Shown: positions 31,228 to 42,824, numbered from the stretch's first letter. The stretch: DNA of 64,000 nucleotides from a cyanobacterium endosymbiont of Rhopalodia gibba (GCA_045159875.1 CP067995.1:1440001-1504000), one strand, 5' to 3'. Program-made: numbers and translations. Notes: a model not told the origin generated them from the sequence alone.

Positions 31228-33696
31228 TTAATCTGTAGCCTTAGCTAACAAATCTTGCTTGTTTTCTCCGGGTATAACCTTGACTTTGCCATCTTCACCA
31301 ATGTCCACTAATGCGGTATCCCCTTCACCAACTCGGCCTGAAAGAATCTCTTCAGCTAAGATATCTTCAAGAAGACGCATAATGGCACGACGTAAAGGTC
31401 GTGCCCCATAAGCGGGGTTATATCCTTCTTCCACTAAACGTTCTTTGAACTTGTCAGTAACATTCAAAGTAATAGTTTTTTCAGTTAACCGAGCAAAGAC
31501 TTCTTTAAGAAGAAGTTCAGAAATTTCTTTAACTTCATTCTTATTCAACTGACGGAAGACGATAATTTCATCGAGACGGTTAAGGAATTCAGGACGGAAG
31601 TAATTCTTTAATTCCTCATTAACCAAAGCTCGAATCCGATTATATTGGGCCTCCGTTTTATTGTCTTCAAACTCAAATCCGAGGCCACCACCACCTTTTT
31701 CGATCACTTTAGACCCGATATTAGAGGTCATGATCAACAGGGTATTTTTAAAATCTACTGTACGACCCTTAGCGTCAGTGAGGCGACCGTCTTCTAAGAT
31801 TTGCAAAAGCATATTGAAGACGTCAGGGTGTGCTTTCTCAATTTCATCAAAGAGAACCACTGTATAAGGACGACGGCGCACTGCTTCAGTTAACTGGCCC
31901 CCTTCGTTGTAACCCACATATCCAGGAGGAGAACCGATCAACTTAGATACCGTATGGCGTTCCATATATTCGGACATATCCAGACGGATCATGGCATCTT
32001 CTGAACCGAAGAAATAAGCAGCTAATGCCTTGGTTAATTCAGTCTTACCTACTCCAGTAGGTCCAGAAAAGACAAAACTAGCAATGGGACGGTTAGGGTT
32101 TTTCAAACCAACTCGCGCTCGGCGAATTGCCCGTGACACCGCTTTAACCGCATCTTCTTGACCGATCAAACGCTGGTGTAGCGTATCTTCCATGTGTAGC
32201 AACTTCTCGGATTCAGTTTCCGTCAGTTTATTCACTGGAACTCCAGTCCAAGAGGCGACAATATGGGCGATCTCCTCCGAGTCTACAAATGGGTCATCAC
32301 TATCCCCTTCTGCTTTCTTTGCTGAAGAGATTGACCGAATTTCCTCTTTAATTTTCATTTCACGATCACGCAGTTCTCCAGCTTTATCAAAGTCTTGAGC
32401 TCGGACTGCATCGTCTTTTTGTTTAAGGATAGAACGAAGCTCTTTATCGAGTTCCTTAGCGGCTGGAGGTAATTGGGAATTAATTAACCTTACCCGCGAT
32501 CCTGCCTCATCAATGAGGTCGATCGCTTTATCAGGAAGATAGCGGTCTGAAATATAGCGGTCAGAGAGCTTAGCGGCAGCTTCCAGAGCTTCATCAAGGA
32601 TCTTTAACTTATGATGTTGTTCATAACGTTCCCGTAACCCATAGAGAATTTCAATGGTTTCGTCAACAGAAGGTTCACCCACTACAACTGGTTGGAAACG
32701 GCGCTCTAGAGCCGCGTCTCGTTCGATATGCTTTCGGTATTCATCGAGAGTGGTAGCCCCGACACATTGTAATTCTCCTCGTGCTAGAGCTGGTTTAAGA
32801 ATATTAGCTGCGTCAATTGCCCCTTCAGCTGCCCCTGCACCGATGAGAGTATGTACCTCGTCAATCACTAAAATCACATTTCCAGCCTGACGAATTTCGT
32901 CCATAATCTTTTTAAGACGTTCTTCAAATTCTCCACGATATTTAGTTCCGGCTACTAACAAGCCAATATCGAGGGTGACTACTCGTTTATCTTCGAGAAT
33001 ATCAGGAACATCTTTGGTGGCGATACGTTGAGCGAGACCTTCAGCAATTGCGGTTTTTCCTACTCCTGGTTCTCCAATTAAAACAGGATTGTTCTTGGTT
33101 CTACGACCGAGAATTTGGATCACCCGCTCAATTTCTTTATGTCGTCCTACTACGGGATCAAGTTTTCCTTCTCCGGCCATATTGGTCAGATTAGAACCAA
33201 ATTCGTCGAGAGTTGGAGTTTTAGTTCTTCCGGATGGACCTCCACCAGCGGCTACTTCAGCCGTTTCTCCAAGTTGTCGAATCACTTGAGTCCGAACTTT
33301 GGACAAGTCCACTCCTAAATTTTCAAGAACCCTTGCGGCTACCCCTTCTCCTTCACGAATTAACCCTAGGAGGAGGTGTTCGGTTCCAATGTAATTATGT
33401 CCGAGTTGTCGAGCTTCTTCCAATGAGAGTTCAAGAACTCTTTTAGCTCTTGGAGTAAAAGGAATTTCGACGGCGACAAACCCTGAACCACGGCCAATAA
33501 TTTTTTCGACCTCAACGCGAGCGTCTTTGAGGTTGACACCCATAGACTTAAGAACTTTGGCTGCGACTCCAGTTCCTTCACCAATTAGCCCCAGAAGAAT
33601 CTGTTCTGTCCCGACAAAGTTGTGTCCGAGACGGCGAGCCTCTTCTTGAGCTAGCATTATGACCTTGATAGCTTTTTCTGTAAAGCGTTCAAACAT
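31228..33696 (-). CDS. clpC: ATP-dependent Clp protease ATPase subunit ClpC
   Basis: [32 protein letters not shown]; two AAA+ domains ([16 protein letters not shown]); UVR domain. Confidence 0.99.
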   Translation of the reverse strand: MFERFTEKAIKVIMLAQEEARRLGHNFVGTEQILLGLIGEGTGVAAKVLKSMGVNLKDARVEVEKIIGRGSGFVAVEIPFTPRAKRVLELSLEEARQLGHNYIGTEHLLLGLIREGEGVAARVLENLGVDLSKVRTQVIRQLGETAEVAAGGGPSGRTKTPTLDEFGSNLTNMAGEGKLDPVVGRHKEIERVIQILGRRTKNNPVLIGEPGVGKTAIAEGLAQRIATKDVPDILEDKRVVTLDIGLLVAGTKYRGEFEERLKKIMDEIRQAGNVILVIDEVHTLIGAGAAEGAIDAANILKPALARGELQCVGATTLDEYRKHIERDAALERRFQPVVVGEPSVDETIEILYGLRERYEQHHKLKILDEALEAAAKLSDRYISDRYLPDKAIDLIDEAGSRVRLINSQLPPAAKELDKELRSILKQKDDAVRAQDFDKAGELRDREMKIKEEIRSISSAKKAEGDSDDPFVDSEEIAHIVASWTGVPVNKLTETESEKLLHMEDTLHQRLIGQEDAVKAVSRAIRRARVGLKNPNRPIASFVFSGPTGVGKTELTKALAAYFFGSEDAMIRLDMSEYMERHTVSKLIGSPPGYVGYNEGGQLTEAVRRRPYTVVLFDEIEKAHPDVFNMLLQILEDGRLTDAKGRTVDFKNTLLIMTSNIGSKVIEKGGGGLGFEFEDNKTEAQYNRIRALVNEELKNYFRPEFLNRLDEIIVFRQLNKNEVKEISELLLKEVFARLTEKTITLNVTDKFKERLVEEGYNPAYGARPLRRAIMRLLEDILAEEILSGRVGEGDTALVDIGEDGKVKVIPGENKQDLLAKATD

Positions 33697-33840
33697 GATT
33701 TATCCGTCCATCACCTGCTGCTTTCCTTTGTAAGCTGATTCTAGCACTCAATATCCTCAGGAATAATCTAAAAACTTCCTTAAATTTTTCTTGCTTATTG
33801 ATTATCTTGATTGCTATTCATTAAAGTTATTATATTGATC

Positions 33841-34419
33841 TTATTTTTCTACCTGTTTATCACCCCTCTCTAACATTAATATTAGCTGCCAATTAGATTG
33901 ACTAAGACGCTCACTGATACGTGACCACCAATGAGACAAATCCTCTCTGAATCGAGGGTGGTTTAAACTCCCTCGCCACAAAATTAAAGCATCCTCTCCG
34001 GTTTTTTGATAATAGCCTTTGCGTCTTCCTGCCAGTTGAAAGCCGATTTTTTTATAGACAGTAAGGGCTGACTGATTGGAAACTTGCACTTCCAGGGTAG
34101 CACGTTCAAGATTACAGTTAGTGGCTTCTTTTAACAAACTGTAAAGCAATAGTTGTCCCAATCCTTGTCCTTGATAGTCGGGGTGAATCATCAATAATAC
34201 AATATGAGCTTCTTCTAAAATTGCCCAAAAGCAACCGCAACCAATAATAGGACCCAATTCTATAGATAAAACCAGTAAGCTACTATTTGGGTTATCTAAT
34301 TCTCTCTGGTAACCTTTTTTTGTCCATAATCCTCCTAAACAAATACGATCTAACTCAACCAATTGAGTCAGTTGGTCATAGTGAGGTGTGTGTAGTAGGA
34401 TAATACGGGAAGAGAACAT
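33841..34419 (-). CDS. rimI: Ribosomal-protein-alanine N-acetyltransferase
   Basis: GNAT motifs HPDYQGQGLG, ATLEV..SN..AL..Y.K.GF...GRRKGYY; upstream of clpC as in cyanobacteria. Confidence 0.9.
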   Translation of the reverse strand: MFSSRIILLHTPHYDQLTQLVELDRICLGGLWTKKGYQRELDNPNSSLLVLSIELGPIIGCGCFWAILEEAHIVLLMIHPDYQGQGLGQLLLYSLLKEATNCNLERATLEVQVSNQSALTVYKKIGFQLAGRRKGYYQKTGEDALILWRGSLNHPRFREDLSHWWSRISERLSQSNWQLILMLERGDKQVEK

Positions 34420-35730
34420 TTAAGTTATCAATTTAGACTAAATGGTAAATCAAAGTTAAAGGTAGCTGTAATGCAAGATAAAGTGGGTAGGTAAATAGCA
34501 ACTAAGTTACAAGAGTAAAAGTTACAATAGGCTAAACAGTTTTTCAACACTTCTTAGAAAATGAGCTGTTGATATTTAATTGCTTAGAAACTTCTTTGCT
34601 GAGATCTCTTCTCTACATCTTAAATTCTCGTGATATGGGTTTGAAAACCAAGATCAATTCTAATCGACAGTATAAGTTAACCGAGTCAATTAAATTTAAA
34701 ATAAAGAATAAACAAAAATTTGAGCAGATTACAAAGAAAGTTATCTAAGTTAAATTTGGTAAAATCTTTATCAATCCAACAGAGACAAAAAAAATAATAA
34801 AAATGTTATCTATATACTTTTTATTAAGTTAGATAATACTTCTTAAGGAATTGCCTTAAATATACATCATCTGGATGTAGTAGATAATTTCTGTCAAGTT
34901 AAATAACTCAAAATTCTTCAATAGTAATTAAATATGTGTCATCTATTTGCTAACTGTAAAATTAGTATGCAATTATCACGGACTTTAGAGTACAGATTAA
35001 AACTCTATTAAAGACTCAGCTATCAAATCAATTAAGATGAAGTTTCTTGAGATTGATTAATCTGTAAAAGTAGTTTTGTATAAACAATTAGTTCAATTAA
35101 TTATAGCTTCTTTAAAGAAAGTATTTCTTATCAAATATTTTAAATTTGGAGTCAGTCAATCCACGTTTTTTTTTAAAATATTAAAAATTAAGTTAAAGCT
35201 GGCTTATAAGTTAAGAGCATGATAGGACGAATACACAATTTTTTTAAATTAGATCGAGGAGTTTTGATTAGTCAATCTAACTTGAGAGTAAATTATTAAT
35301 TCTTTCTGACAGAAATATCTCATATTCGTTAGTTAACATCAACTTATTAATTAGTAAATAATCTAATAATATTAATTACTAAAATATGGATAATGCAATA
35401 TAATTTGAGGACTTATTTATCTGAATTTTATTAGCTTTATCTATAAAATACTTATAATAATGGAGCTCGAAGTTTTTAGTTTCAAAGTATCAAAGCTCAA
35501 AAATATATAACTACTAATTTATAAGAAATAATTAAGTGATCAATAAATATAAAAAAATTTAATTAGATTAGTATGATTGAATTTGTATTTTTATCCACAA
35601 AACTATACTAAGTTTTAAACCTTAATTGTTTAAAATTAACGATTTTATATTTTTTTACAAAATATGAATGTTAATAATGTAAACATTATTTTTACAGTAA
35701 AAAACTCTAAATAAATCACTACTTTATATA

Positions 35731-35920
35731 CAAAATACAGCTTACTTATTATCCAACAGTAGGAGAACTTTTACTAATATCAAAGGCAACACCTCATATT
35801 TCTGCTACAACAGCTCGCACCGATCTTCCTTGAAGTTGTTGAATTAAATTTAGCTTAATCCTAGCTTCTTAAATAAACTTTTCTTAATTGAAACTTTCAT
35901 ACAAAAACTTTGATTATCAA
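35731..35920 (-). pseudogene. rfbC: dTDP-4-dehydrorhamnose 3,5-epimerase pseudogene
   Basis: DNQSF/YESFN*EKF (cf. DDRGFFYESYN) and LIQQLQGRSVRAVVAEI*GVAFDISKSSPTVG**VSCIL (cf. QIQQPQGKLVR...DVAVDIRKSSPTFGQWVG); internal stops and a deletion. Confidence 0.8.
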
Positions 35921-35941
35921 CAAAAGTAAAATGTTTAATAG

Positions 35942-36595
35942 TTAAACCATTAAGGTCATCCAATTTTGTAACTCATCCCAACCTAATCCTTGTCGAACAA
36001 CTACAGGATTATCATAAGTCATATCTAAAATAGTAGATACTTCAAATCCCGATTCTAATCCATTATCAATAATTAAATCCACTTGACTATCTAAGATTTC
36101 AAAAAGTTTCGCTTTTTCCAATACAATGCTTGGAAACTCTTTTTTTTGATTGAGTGAATGGACAGAACTAGACGCAATAGGATTATCTAAACTTTCTAAA
36201 ATCATTTGACAGATATTACTGTTAGGAACTCTGATTCCTATGTCTTTTTGTTTGGGATTTATCACTAATTTAGAGACTAATTTTGTCCCTGGAAGCAAAA
36301 AAGTATAAGGGCCGGGAATAACACGCTTCATTATCCGATAGGCTTTATTCGAGACAAAAGCATAATCAGCGATCTTAGACAAGGAAGAACAAAGGCAGGT
36401 TAGACATTCATTGTTAAACAATTGTCTTAATTGCTTAACTCGTTGGACAGCTAATTTGTGATTGATATCACAACCGATAGCATAAACCGTATCAGTAGGA
36501 TATAACATAACTGCTCCTTGTTTCAGGTCTTTCACAATTACTTCAATAATACGAGATTGGGGATTATTAGGATGAAGATTGTATAGTTTAGCCAT
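35942..36595 (-). CDS. Sua5/YciO/YrdC family protein (threonylcarbamoyl-AMP synthase family)
   Basis: HPNNPQSR, YPTDTVYAIGC, PGPYTFLL, IGIRVP, STILD. Confidence 0.9.
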   Translation of the reverse strand: MAKLYNLHPNNPQSRIIEVIVKDLKQGAVMLYPTDTVYAIGCDINHKLAVQRVKQLRQLFNNECLTCLCSSLSKIADYAFVSNKAYRIMKRVIPGPYTFLLPGTKLVSKLVINPKQKDIGIRVPNSNICQMILESLDNPIASSSVHSLNQKKEFPSIVLEKAKLFEILDSQVDLIIDNGLESGFEVSTILDMTYDNPVVVRQGLGWDELQNWMTLMV

Positions 36596-36695
36596 TTTAA
36601 AAATTAAGGATAAAATTTTATTTTAAGTATTAAAATAAATTCAAGATAATGATAATGACGTTTTTTTACTAAATAACAGAAAATCTAGCAAAATT

Positions 36696-37925
36696 ATGAA
36701 AAAAATAGGGTATTTAGACTGTCCAACAGGAATTGCTGGAGATATGTGCTTGGGAGCATTAGTTGACAGTGGTGTTCCTTTAAAATATCTAATAGAAAAC
36801 CTCCAAAAATTAGGTATTGAAACAGAATATTGTTTGTGGAAAGAACAGGTACACCGTCAAGGACAATTAGCTACCAAGGTTCATGTTGACTTATTGAGAG
36901 ATAATCAGTCAACTGAGCATCATCATAGTCATGATTATTGTGTCCGCCATCTACCTGAAATTGAATTAATGATTAAACGAGCTAATTTATCCTCCCAGGT
37001 AACTCAATGGAGTCTGGATATATTCCGTCAATTAACTATAGCAGAAGGGGCTGTACATGGAGTAGACCCCGAAAAAGTACACCTTCATGAAGTGGGAGCT
37101 ACTGATGCCATTGTGGACATTGTAGGAACTTGTTTAGGATTAGATTGGTTAGGGATCGAATCTTTATATTGTTCACCTATGCCGACAGGTGGGGGGATAG
37201 TTTGGGCAGCCCACGGATGTTTGCCAGTTCCTGTTCCAGCTGTAATTAAATTATGGGAATTCCATCAAGTTCCTATTTATAGCAATAATATTAATAGAGA
37301 ATTAGTAACACCTACAGGAGCAGCTATTGCGGTTACTTTAGTAACAAGGTTTGGCTCTCTTCCCCCAATGAGATTACAAAAAGTTGGCTTAGGGGCAGGT
37401 TCACAGGAATTAGCTATTCCAAATATTTTAAAGTTATGGATAGGAGAATCTCCTAGCGAAGATACTATTAATAGTTCGGAAAAAATTGCTGTATTAGAAA
37501 CTCAGATTGATGATCTTAACCCTCAGGTAATTACTTACCTTTTCGAAAAGTTATTTTTAATAGGAGCTATGGATGTATTCACACAAGCTATTGGAATGAA
37601 AAAGTCTCGCCCAGGAATTTTATTAACCGTAATATGTCCTTTAGATAAAATGGTAGATTGTAAAAAGATTATTTTTCAAGAAACTACCACATTGGGAATA
37701 CGTCATCTTATTCAAGATCGCTCTATATTAAACCGAGAAATTCAGGAAATAAATACAGATTATGGTACAATTAAAGTAAAAATTGCTAGTCAGGAAGTAA
37801 ATGGACAGAAAATAATTATTAATGTTCAACCGGAATATGAAGACTGCGTAGTTTTAGCTAGAAAAATCAATCAACCATTACGAACTGTTCAACAGATGAT
37901 TTTAAATATTTGGCATAGTAAATAG
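36696..37925 (+). CDS. larC: Nickel-pincer cofactor nickel insertase LarC family protein
   Basis: YLDCPTGIAGDMCLGAL, His-rich HHHSHD, HLHEVGATDAIVDIVG, ELVTPTGAA, MKKSRPG, ETTTLGIR, PEYED. Confidence 0.93.
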   Translation: MKKIGYLDCPTGIAGDMCLGALVDSGVPLKYLIENLQKLGIETEYCLWKEQVHRQGQLATKVHVDLLRDNQSTEHHHSHDYCVRHLPEIELMIKRANLSSQVTQWSLDIFRQLTIAEGAVHGVDPEKVHLHEVGATDAIVDIVGTCLGLDWLGIESLYCSPMPTGGGIVWAAHGCLPVPVPAVIKLWEFHQVPIYSNNINRELVTPTGAAIAVTLVTRFGSLPPMRLQKVGLGAGSQELAIPNILKLWIGESPSEDTINSSEKIAVLETQIDDLNPQVITYLFEKLFLIGAMDVFTQAIGMKKSRPGILLTVICPLDKMVDCKKIIFQETTTLGIRHLIQDRSILNREIQEINTDYGTIKVKIASQEVNGQKIIINVQPEYEDCVVLARKINQPLRTVQQMILNIWHSK

Positions 37926-38016
37926 AGAAAATATAGAGAATATAAATAATAATTTAACGTTTATCTTTTACTATTAAAATAACCTTTTTAAAGTATATTT
38001 CAAAGAAAATTTTTAT

Positions 38017-38934
38017 ATGAAAATGGCTGTTGCTTTCCTTAAAATTTACTTAAAATGGTTCATTTCTGGAATGACTCTATTGTTCATAGTAAATACTTTT
38101 ATAAATAATTGGAGTACTATCCTAACAGTAACTCTTAACAATCAAAGTTGTTATCTATTGATATTAGCTTTTTTGGTTACTTTTTTTTCTCATATTTGGT
38201 CTGCATTAGTCTGGGTTAAAATCCTAAAAACACTTAAACAGCCAATGACAAAAAAATGGGGATTAAAAGTTTATCTGACTACCAATATTTCTAAATATAT
38301 TCCTGGAAATATAGGACATTTTTATGGACGTATTTTTGCAATTTCTCAACAAGGAGTTTCTTTAAAAATTGCTAGCTTTAGCGTATTATTAGAACCATTA
38401 CTTATGGCTAATTCAGCTTTAATAATCACTTTATTGAGTCATTGTATTGGGGTTTATAAAACTGCTTATAACCATTGGTTATTTATTATGCAAATAATAA
38501 TCTTATTCATCGGATTGTCAATAATTCACCCTTTTATAATTAATAAAATATTTATTTTTAAAAAAAAAATTAAACAAGAAAATATTCAAAATAATATACA
38601 TTTAAAGCAATATCCAAAGACTATTTTATTAGGAGAGATAGTCTTTGTATTATTAAGAACATTAGGATTTATTTTGACTTGGATAGCATTTATTCCAATA
38701 TCAATTTTTCAAATTCCTTTATTATTAAATGCTTTTAGTTTCGCCTGGCTATTAGGATTAGTAATTCCTGGTGCTCCTAGTGGTATAGGGGTATTTGAAG
38801 CCACAATCATTTTTTTACTAAGAACAGAAAATTTTCCCATTCAAATAGTTCTTAGTACCATTGCTATCTTTCGATTAATTAGTATTTTAGCCGAAGTTAC
38901 AGGAGCAGGATTAGGGCTATTGATAAAAGAGTAA
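38017..38934 (+). CDS. UPF0104 / lysylphosphatidylglycerol-synthase-like transmembrane (flippase-like) protein
   Basis: Multi-pass membrane protein; KYIPGNIGHF and PGAPSGIGVFEA motifs. Confidence 0.8.
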   Translation: MKMAVAFLKIYLKWFISGMTLLFIVNTFINNWSTILTVTLNNQSCYLLILAFLVTFFSHIWSALVWVKILKTLKQPMTKKWGLKVYLTTNISKYIPGNIGHFYGRIFAISQQGVSLKIASFSVLLEPLLMANSALIITLLSHCIGVYKTAYNHWLFIMQIIILFIGLSIIHPFIINKIFIFKKKIKQENIQNNIHLKQYPKTILLGEIVFVLLRTLGFILTWIAFIPISIFQIPLLLNAFSFAWLLGLVIPGAPSGIGVFEATIIFLLRTENFPIQIVLSTIAIFRLISILAEVTGAGLGLLIKE

Positions 38935-39429
38935 CTCAATAAAACACTTGTATAAATTTTAAACAAGTAAATCTTAAAATAGAGAGTTTTATTAAAATCA
39001 ATAAATTAAGAAATTTTTTATTATTCATATTTAAATTTTATTATCTAAAAACAGTAAAAAGTAACTGTTCAGTTAAATAGAACCACTACGTAGTTTTGTC
39101 TGTTTTTTAGAGTGAAGATAGTCAGTAAAATGATTAAAATTAATTTGGCTTTTGTCCAATTAATGATACTTAAACTATTAAAATTTTATAAATGAAAAAT
39201 TTTAACTCTTTTTCTTAACTATCTTGTTGCAGTAATAGCGATTCTCTATTCTTTGTTTCTGACGTCAATTTTCAAGGATTACTAATTACGTAGGTTCTGT
39301 ATGAATGACACTCGGCTAACTGTCCTCTACTTTTGAGACATTAATTCGTAAGACCGATTAAAGTGAAGCTGAAACTAACTCTAGTTATAGAAAATCATTT
39401 TTTAAAAAAGTTGTATTTTGCTTAATTTT

Positions 39430-40140
39430 ATGAATTCATCTACTTTATCTAGTAACTCCGTTGAATCGTCCATTAATCCCTGGTTAGTTAAGTTGGTATA
39501 TCATCTAGGATGTTGGTTAGTATTGCCTTCATTTTTTGGTCGAATTATGATTACTGGACAAGAAAATATTCCAATAACTGGGCCGACAATTGTTGCCCCA
39601 ACCCATCGTTCCCGATGGGATGCTTTGATTATCCCTAAAGCTGTAGGAAGACTTATCAGTAGCCGAGACGTACGGTTTATGGTAACATCAACCGAAATGA
39701 CGGGAATTCAAGGCTGCCTAATTCACCATTTAGGAGGATTTCCTATTGATGTTAAACGTCCAGGGTTAAGCAGTTTGGAACATAGTGTTGCGCTCCTGAA
39801 AGCAGGAGAAATGTTAGTTATTTTCCCAGAAGGAGGAATTTTTCGAGATAATAAAGTTCATCCTCTTAAGCGAGGAGTCGCCCGTATTGCTCTAGAAGTA
39901 GAATCCGAAAAACCAGGATCTCAAATCAAAATTCTTCCTGTTGGGATTCGATATATTCAACCTTATCCTAGTTGGGGAACCGATGTGACGGTGACTATTG
40001 GAAAACCTATAGAGGTGGCTAAATATTCTTCGAAAAAAATAAAAAGCAGTTCTGAAAAGCTAACTGATGATTTAGAAACAATTCTCAGGGAATTATATCA
40101 AAAACAAGACCCTTCAGAATCAGTGGCAATTGCTTCTTAA
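39430..40140 (+). CDS. Lysophospholipid (1-acyl-sn-glycerol-3-phosphate) acyltransferase, PlsC family
   Basis: THRSRWD (HX4D motif), IFPEGG, PLKRGVARIA. Confidence 0.9.
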   Translation: MNSSTLSSNSVESSINPWLVKLVYHLGCWLVLPSFFGRIMITGQENIPITGPTIVAPTHRSRWDALIIPKAVGRLISSRDVRFMVTSTEMTGIQGCLIHHLGGFPIDVKRPGLSSLEHSVALLKAGEMLVIFPEGGIFRDNKVHPLKRGVARIALEVESEKPGSQIKILPVGIRYIQPYPSWGTDVTVTIGKPIEVAKYSSKKIKSSSEKLTDDLETILRELYQKQDPSESVAIAS

Positions 40141-41166
40141 ATTAAGATTATTTTTCTCGTAAAAAGATCTGATTTATTGAACATGATGATGTCAAGACTT
40201 ACAAAAGTAAATAGCACTATAATGACAATTAGTCATGTTGTCATTTGATTATTTGAGCAATACTTCAATAGTTTTTTATTTTTTCTAAAAGTTGTCCAAA
40301 AATTAAGTTTTTAAGACTAGATAGTTTCATACAGCCGATTTAAATGTGTTTTTACTATCGATAGCGATTAAAAAAAAATCATTACGCCCTTGAATTGAGC
40401 TATGCAAAAGTCAAGGGTAAGATGCTAACAGAATAGATATAGTGTGCCCATCAAATAGATCTACACTGCATACGTTATCTGTGTTGGCAAGTTGATGGAT
40501 GACAAAGTTTTTAATTCAGTTTGATTGTCAAAAAAGTTATTCTAGTTTTCTAGCTTATCATTACTTATGTACGTACAAGTGGTTTAGTTTAACCTAAATT
40601 AAAATAATAAAAAGAATTCTATTGATTTTTTATCACTATTCAGAATGCGGAACTAAATATAGAAGGAGAATGGCATGAAATAAAAGCTCATAAAAAATTG
40701 TCTAAAGAACATTTAAAGGAGAATATGATTAAGCTAAGGCGGTTATATGAAGTCTTGCTTGAAAGAGTTGTTATAAACAATTTAAATTAAAACAATATAA
40801 ATTGTACTTTAATTACTTAAATATAGAGGTACATAATAATTTACTTTTTTAACTTTTATTTATAGTTATATACTTGAATACTTGGTTATTTTATCGGCAG
40901 CTATATTTTTATTTATAGATACTTTCTAGAAAATAAAATTATGTTTAGTGAGATTTAAAAGTTTATTAAGTTTGTTAATCCTCAACAGAGAAAAACAGCA
41001 ATAGATCGTAGCATAGCAGTTTTAATAAACAAGATATAAATTATGGATGGCTTCAACTGCATATATTTTGTTAATCTCAGAAATAAAACACAAATGATAC
41101 AAACGAAAGAATCCTTCCCCTAGTTTTTTGAATATATTTTTGAAATCAAAGCAAGGCTACAGATAC

Positions 41167-41209
41167 AATAATTTAGTTTACAGTATTAAATACTGTAAAC
41201 TAAATTATT
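41167..41209. repeat. 21-bp perfect inverted repeat, 1-nt centre
   Basis: AATAATTTAGTTTACAGTATT-A-AATACTGTAAACTAAATTATT. Confidence 0.95.
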
Positions 41210-41654
41210 CCTTAGTTATAATTTTAATCTGCATCAACTTTATCCGACAAGGTAGATACTGGAATTATATGTATTGATTGTGGACAAAAATTAATTAATC
41301 GTAATTTTTCTCTATCTTTTTTGAAAGATAAAATTTTTACTTAATGTAATAAAAAAAACTATAGAGTATAAATTCTAAATTTCAGAATTATCAATCAATA
41401 TTTTAACTTAATAAAAAATTAACTTATATATAAACGAATAAGCAAAATGCATCTCGGTGTTGATTTAACTAGTTTTCATTCAAAATTTGTATCTTTGCTA
41501 TATTTTTTATCCATATAAAAATAACAGATTGTAACTATTTACCTTGACATTAACTGCTATCAGATAAATATTGTCTACTACCCGACTAATAACTTATCTA
41601 TAAACTATCAATTCCAAACTAATATTTATTTGGACACTAGTCATTCTTGAAAGC

Positions 41655-41700
41655 TAATTCATCAAAAGGATTTAGTTAACTAAATCCTTTTGATGAATTA
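41655..41700. repeat. 46-bp perfect palindrome with no loop
   Basis: TAATTCATCAAAAGGATTTAGTT|AACTAAATCCTTTTGATGAATTA. Confidence 0.95.
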
Positions 41701-41857
41701 TATAGTTCAGGAGTAGTTACGGCTGAAAGACCAATGACTATATTATAGGATACATCGCCAATCTAAGATAGTCTCTTAAGTTAATAACAGAGAGAAGAGG
41801 ATAAACAATAAGAGAGTAAATCCTTAATTAATACTTTAAATAAAGTAGTAGTAATCA

Positions 41858-41905
41858 AGACAATGAAACCAAATTAACAACGTTATTCATTTGGTTTCAT
41901 TGTCT
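41858..41905. repeat. 17-bp perfect inverted repeat, 14-nt loop
   Basis: AGACAATGAAACCAAAT ... ATTTGGTTTCATTGTCT. Confidence 0.9.
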
Positions 41906-42140
41906 ATTTATAAAAAAATATTGATACAAAAGTGGAACTATAAGCAGTACTTAGATACCACTTTTCCCCAACTATTAAGTCGAATTTACTCTTTGTTTAA
42001 TCGTTCATTGAAAAACAAAACAGACAAATTATAGTTAGTCTCAGTGGATTTTGCCGCATAAGATTTAAATTAATTTTTGAGTTATCTCTCCTTTATAGAG
42101 CAAAAGTTTGCCACGAAGGGATCATCCCAAAATTACCGAT

Positions 42141-42518
42141 TTATTCACTTCCAATTTTTCCATCTCCATCTACTCCCACTTCTTGGTTATAAGACCTCAT
42201 TTCATGGCTATTTTCTCCGTAAATCCCTGTGATTTGTTGCTGACAACATTTGATGGCAAAATCATTAAACTCTATTCTCCCAACCTTATACATTTTCTCG
42301 AATGTTCTTGGTGTTACCCGACAGAAATCGGGGCGGTTTTGATAAATACGACACTTACGGGTGTCATGATCAAAGTTAATACACCACCCTTCCTTTCCCA
42401 CTAAACTGAAGTAATGAGTTATTTCTTCTAGGGTCAAATAATCTTTTAAGTCCGGACGATCTACCGGATCAAGATTGCAACAAGCTCCACATTCTGTTAC
42501 ACATTGCCAAGTCGCCAT
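42141..42518 (-). CDS. YkgJ family cysteine-cluster (putative Fe-S/Zn) protein
   Basis: WQC...CGACC, GWCINFD...RKC.IY..RP.FCR. Confidence 0.9.
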   Translation of the reverse strand: MATWQCVTECGACCNLDPVDRPDLKDYLTLEEITHYFSLVGKEGWCINFDHDTRKCRIYQNRPDFCRVTPRTFEKMYKVGRIEFNDFAIKCCQQQITGIYGENSHEMRSYNQEVGVDGDGKIGSE

Positions 42519-42667
42519 AATTTAAAGAACCTTATCTTAACTTTATAAGAAGATTTTATGTATTTTTACTGAAAAAGACTGAAGCATTTCTAGACATTAT
42601 AAGCTATGGGTTTTCTTTATCTTTACTCTTCAAACTCAACTTATAACAGAAATGTTGAAGAGAAAAC

Positions 42668-42770
42668 ATAAAATTGTCAACAGCCTTAAATCTATAATTG
42701 ATTTTTTAATTAATTTTTGTAGCCTCAATTATAATCTTAGGTCCTATAGTTATATTTTTGTAGGCGGTTA
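42668..42770 (+). pseudogene. psb30: Photosystem II reaction centre protein Psb30 (Ycf12) pseudogene
   Basis: One frame reads IKLSTALNL*LIF*LIFVASIIILGPIVIFL*A versus Psb30 [33 protein letters not shown]; start ATG changed to ATA and three in-frame stops; divergent from the YkgJ gene as in cyanobacteria. Confidence 0.88.
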
Positions 42771-42824
42771 CTCTCTATCTTCTATAGTCTCCTTGTTACA
42801 ATAACCTATAAGTTCTGTCAGTTT

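Noticed and set aside
31661..33584. Multiple short ORFs inside clpC (and similar ones inside pgm, atpD, ppx, plqA, cbiJ, mnmE and the TPR genes)
   Set aside because: Antisense or alternate-frame shadows of well-supported genes, with no motifs of their own.
41167..41905. Clustered palindromes as a CRISPR array or MITE family
   Set aside because: Units differ in sequence, are not regularly spaced direct repeats, and have no shared termini, target-site duplications or nearby cas genes.
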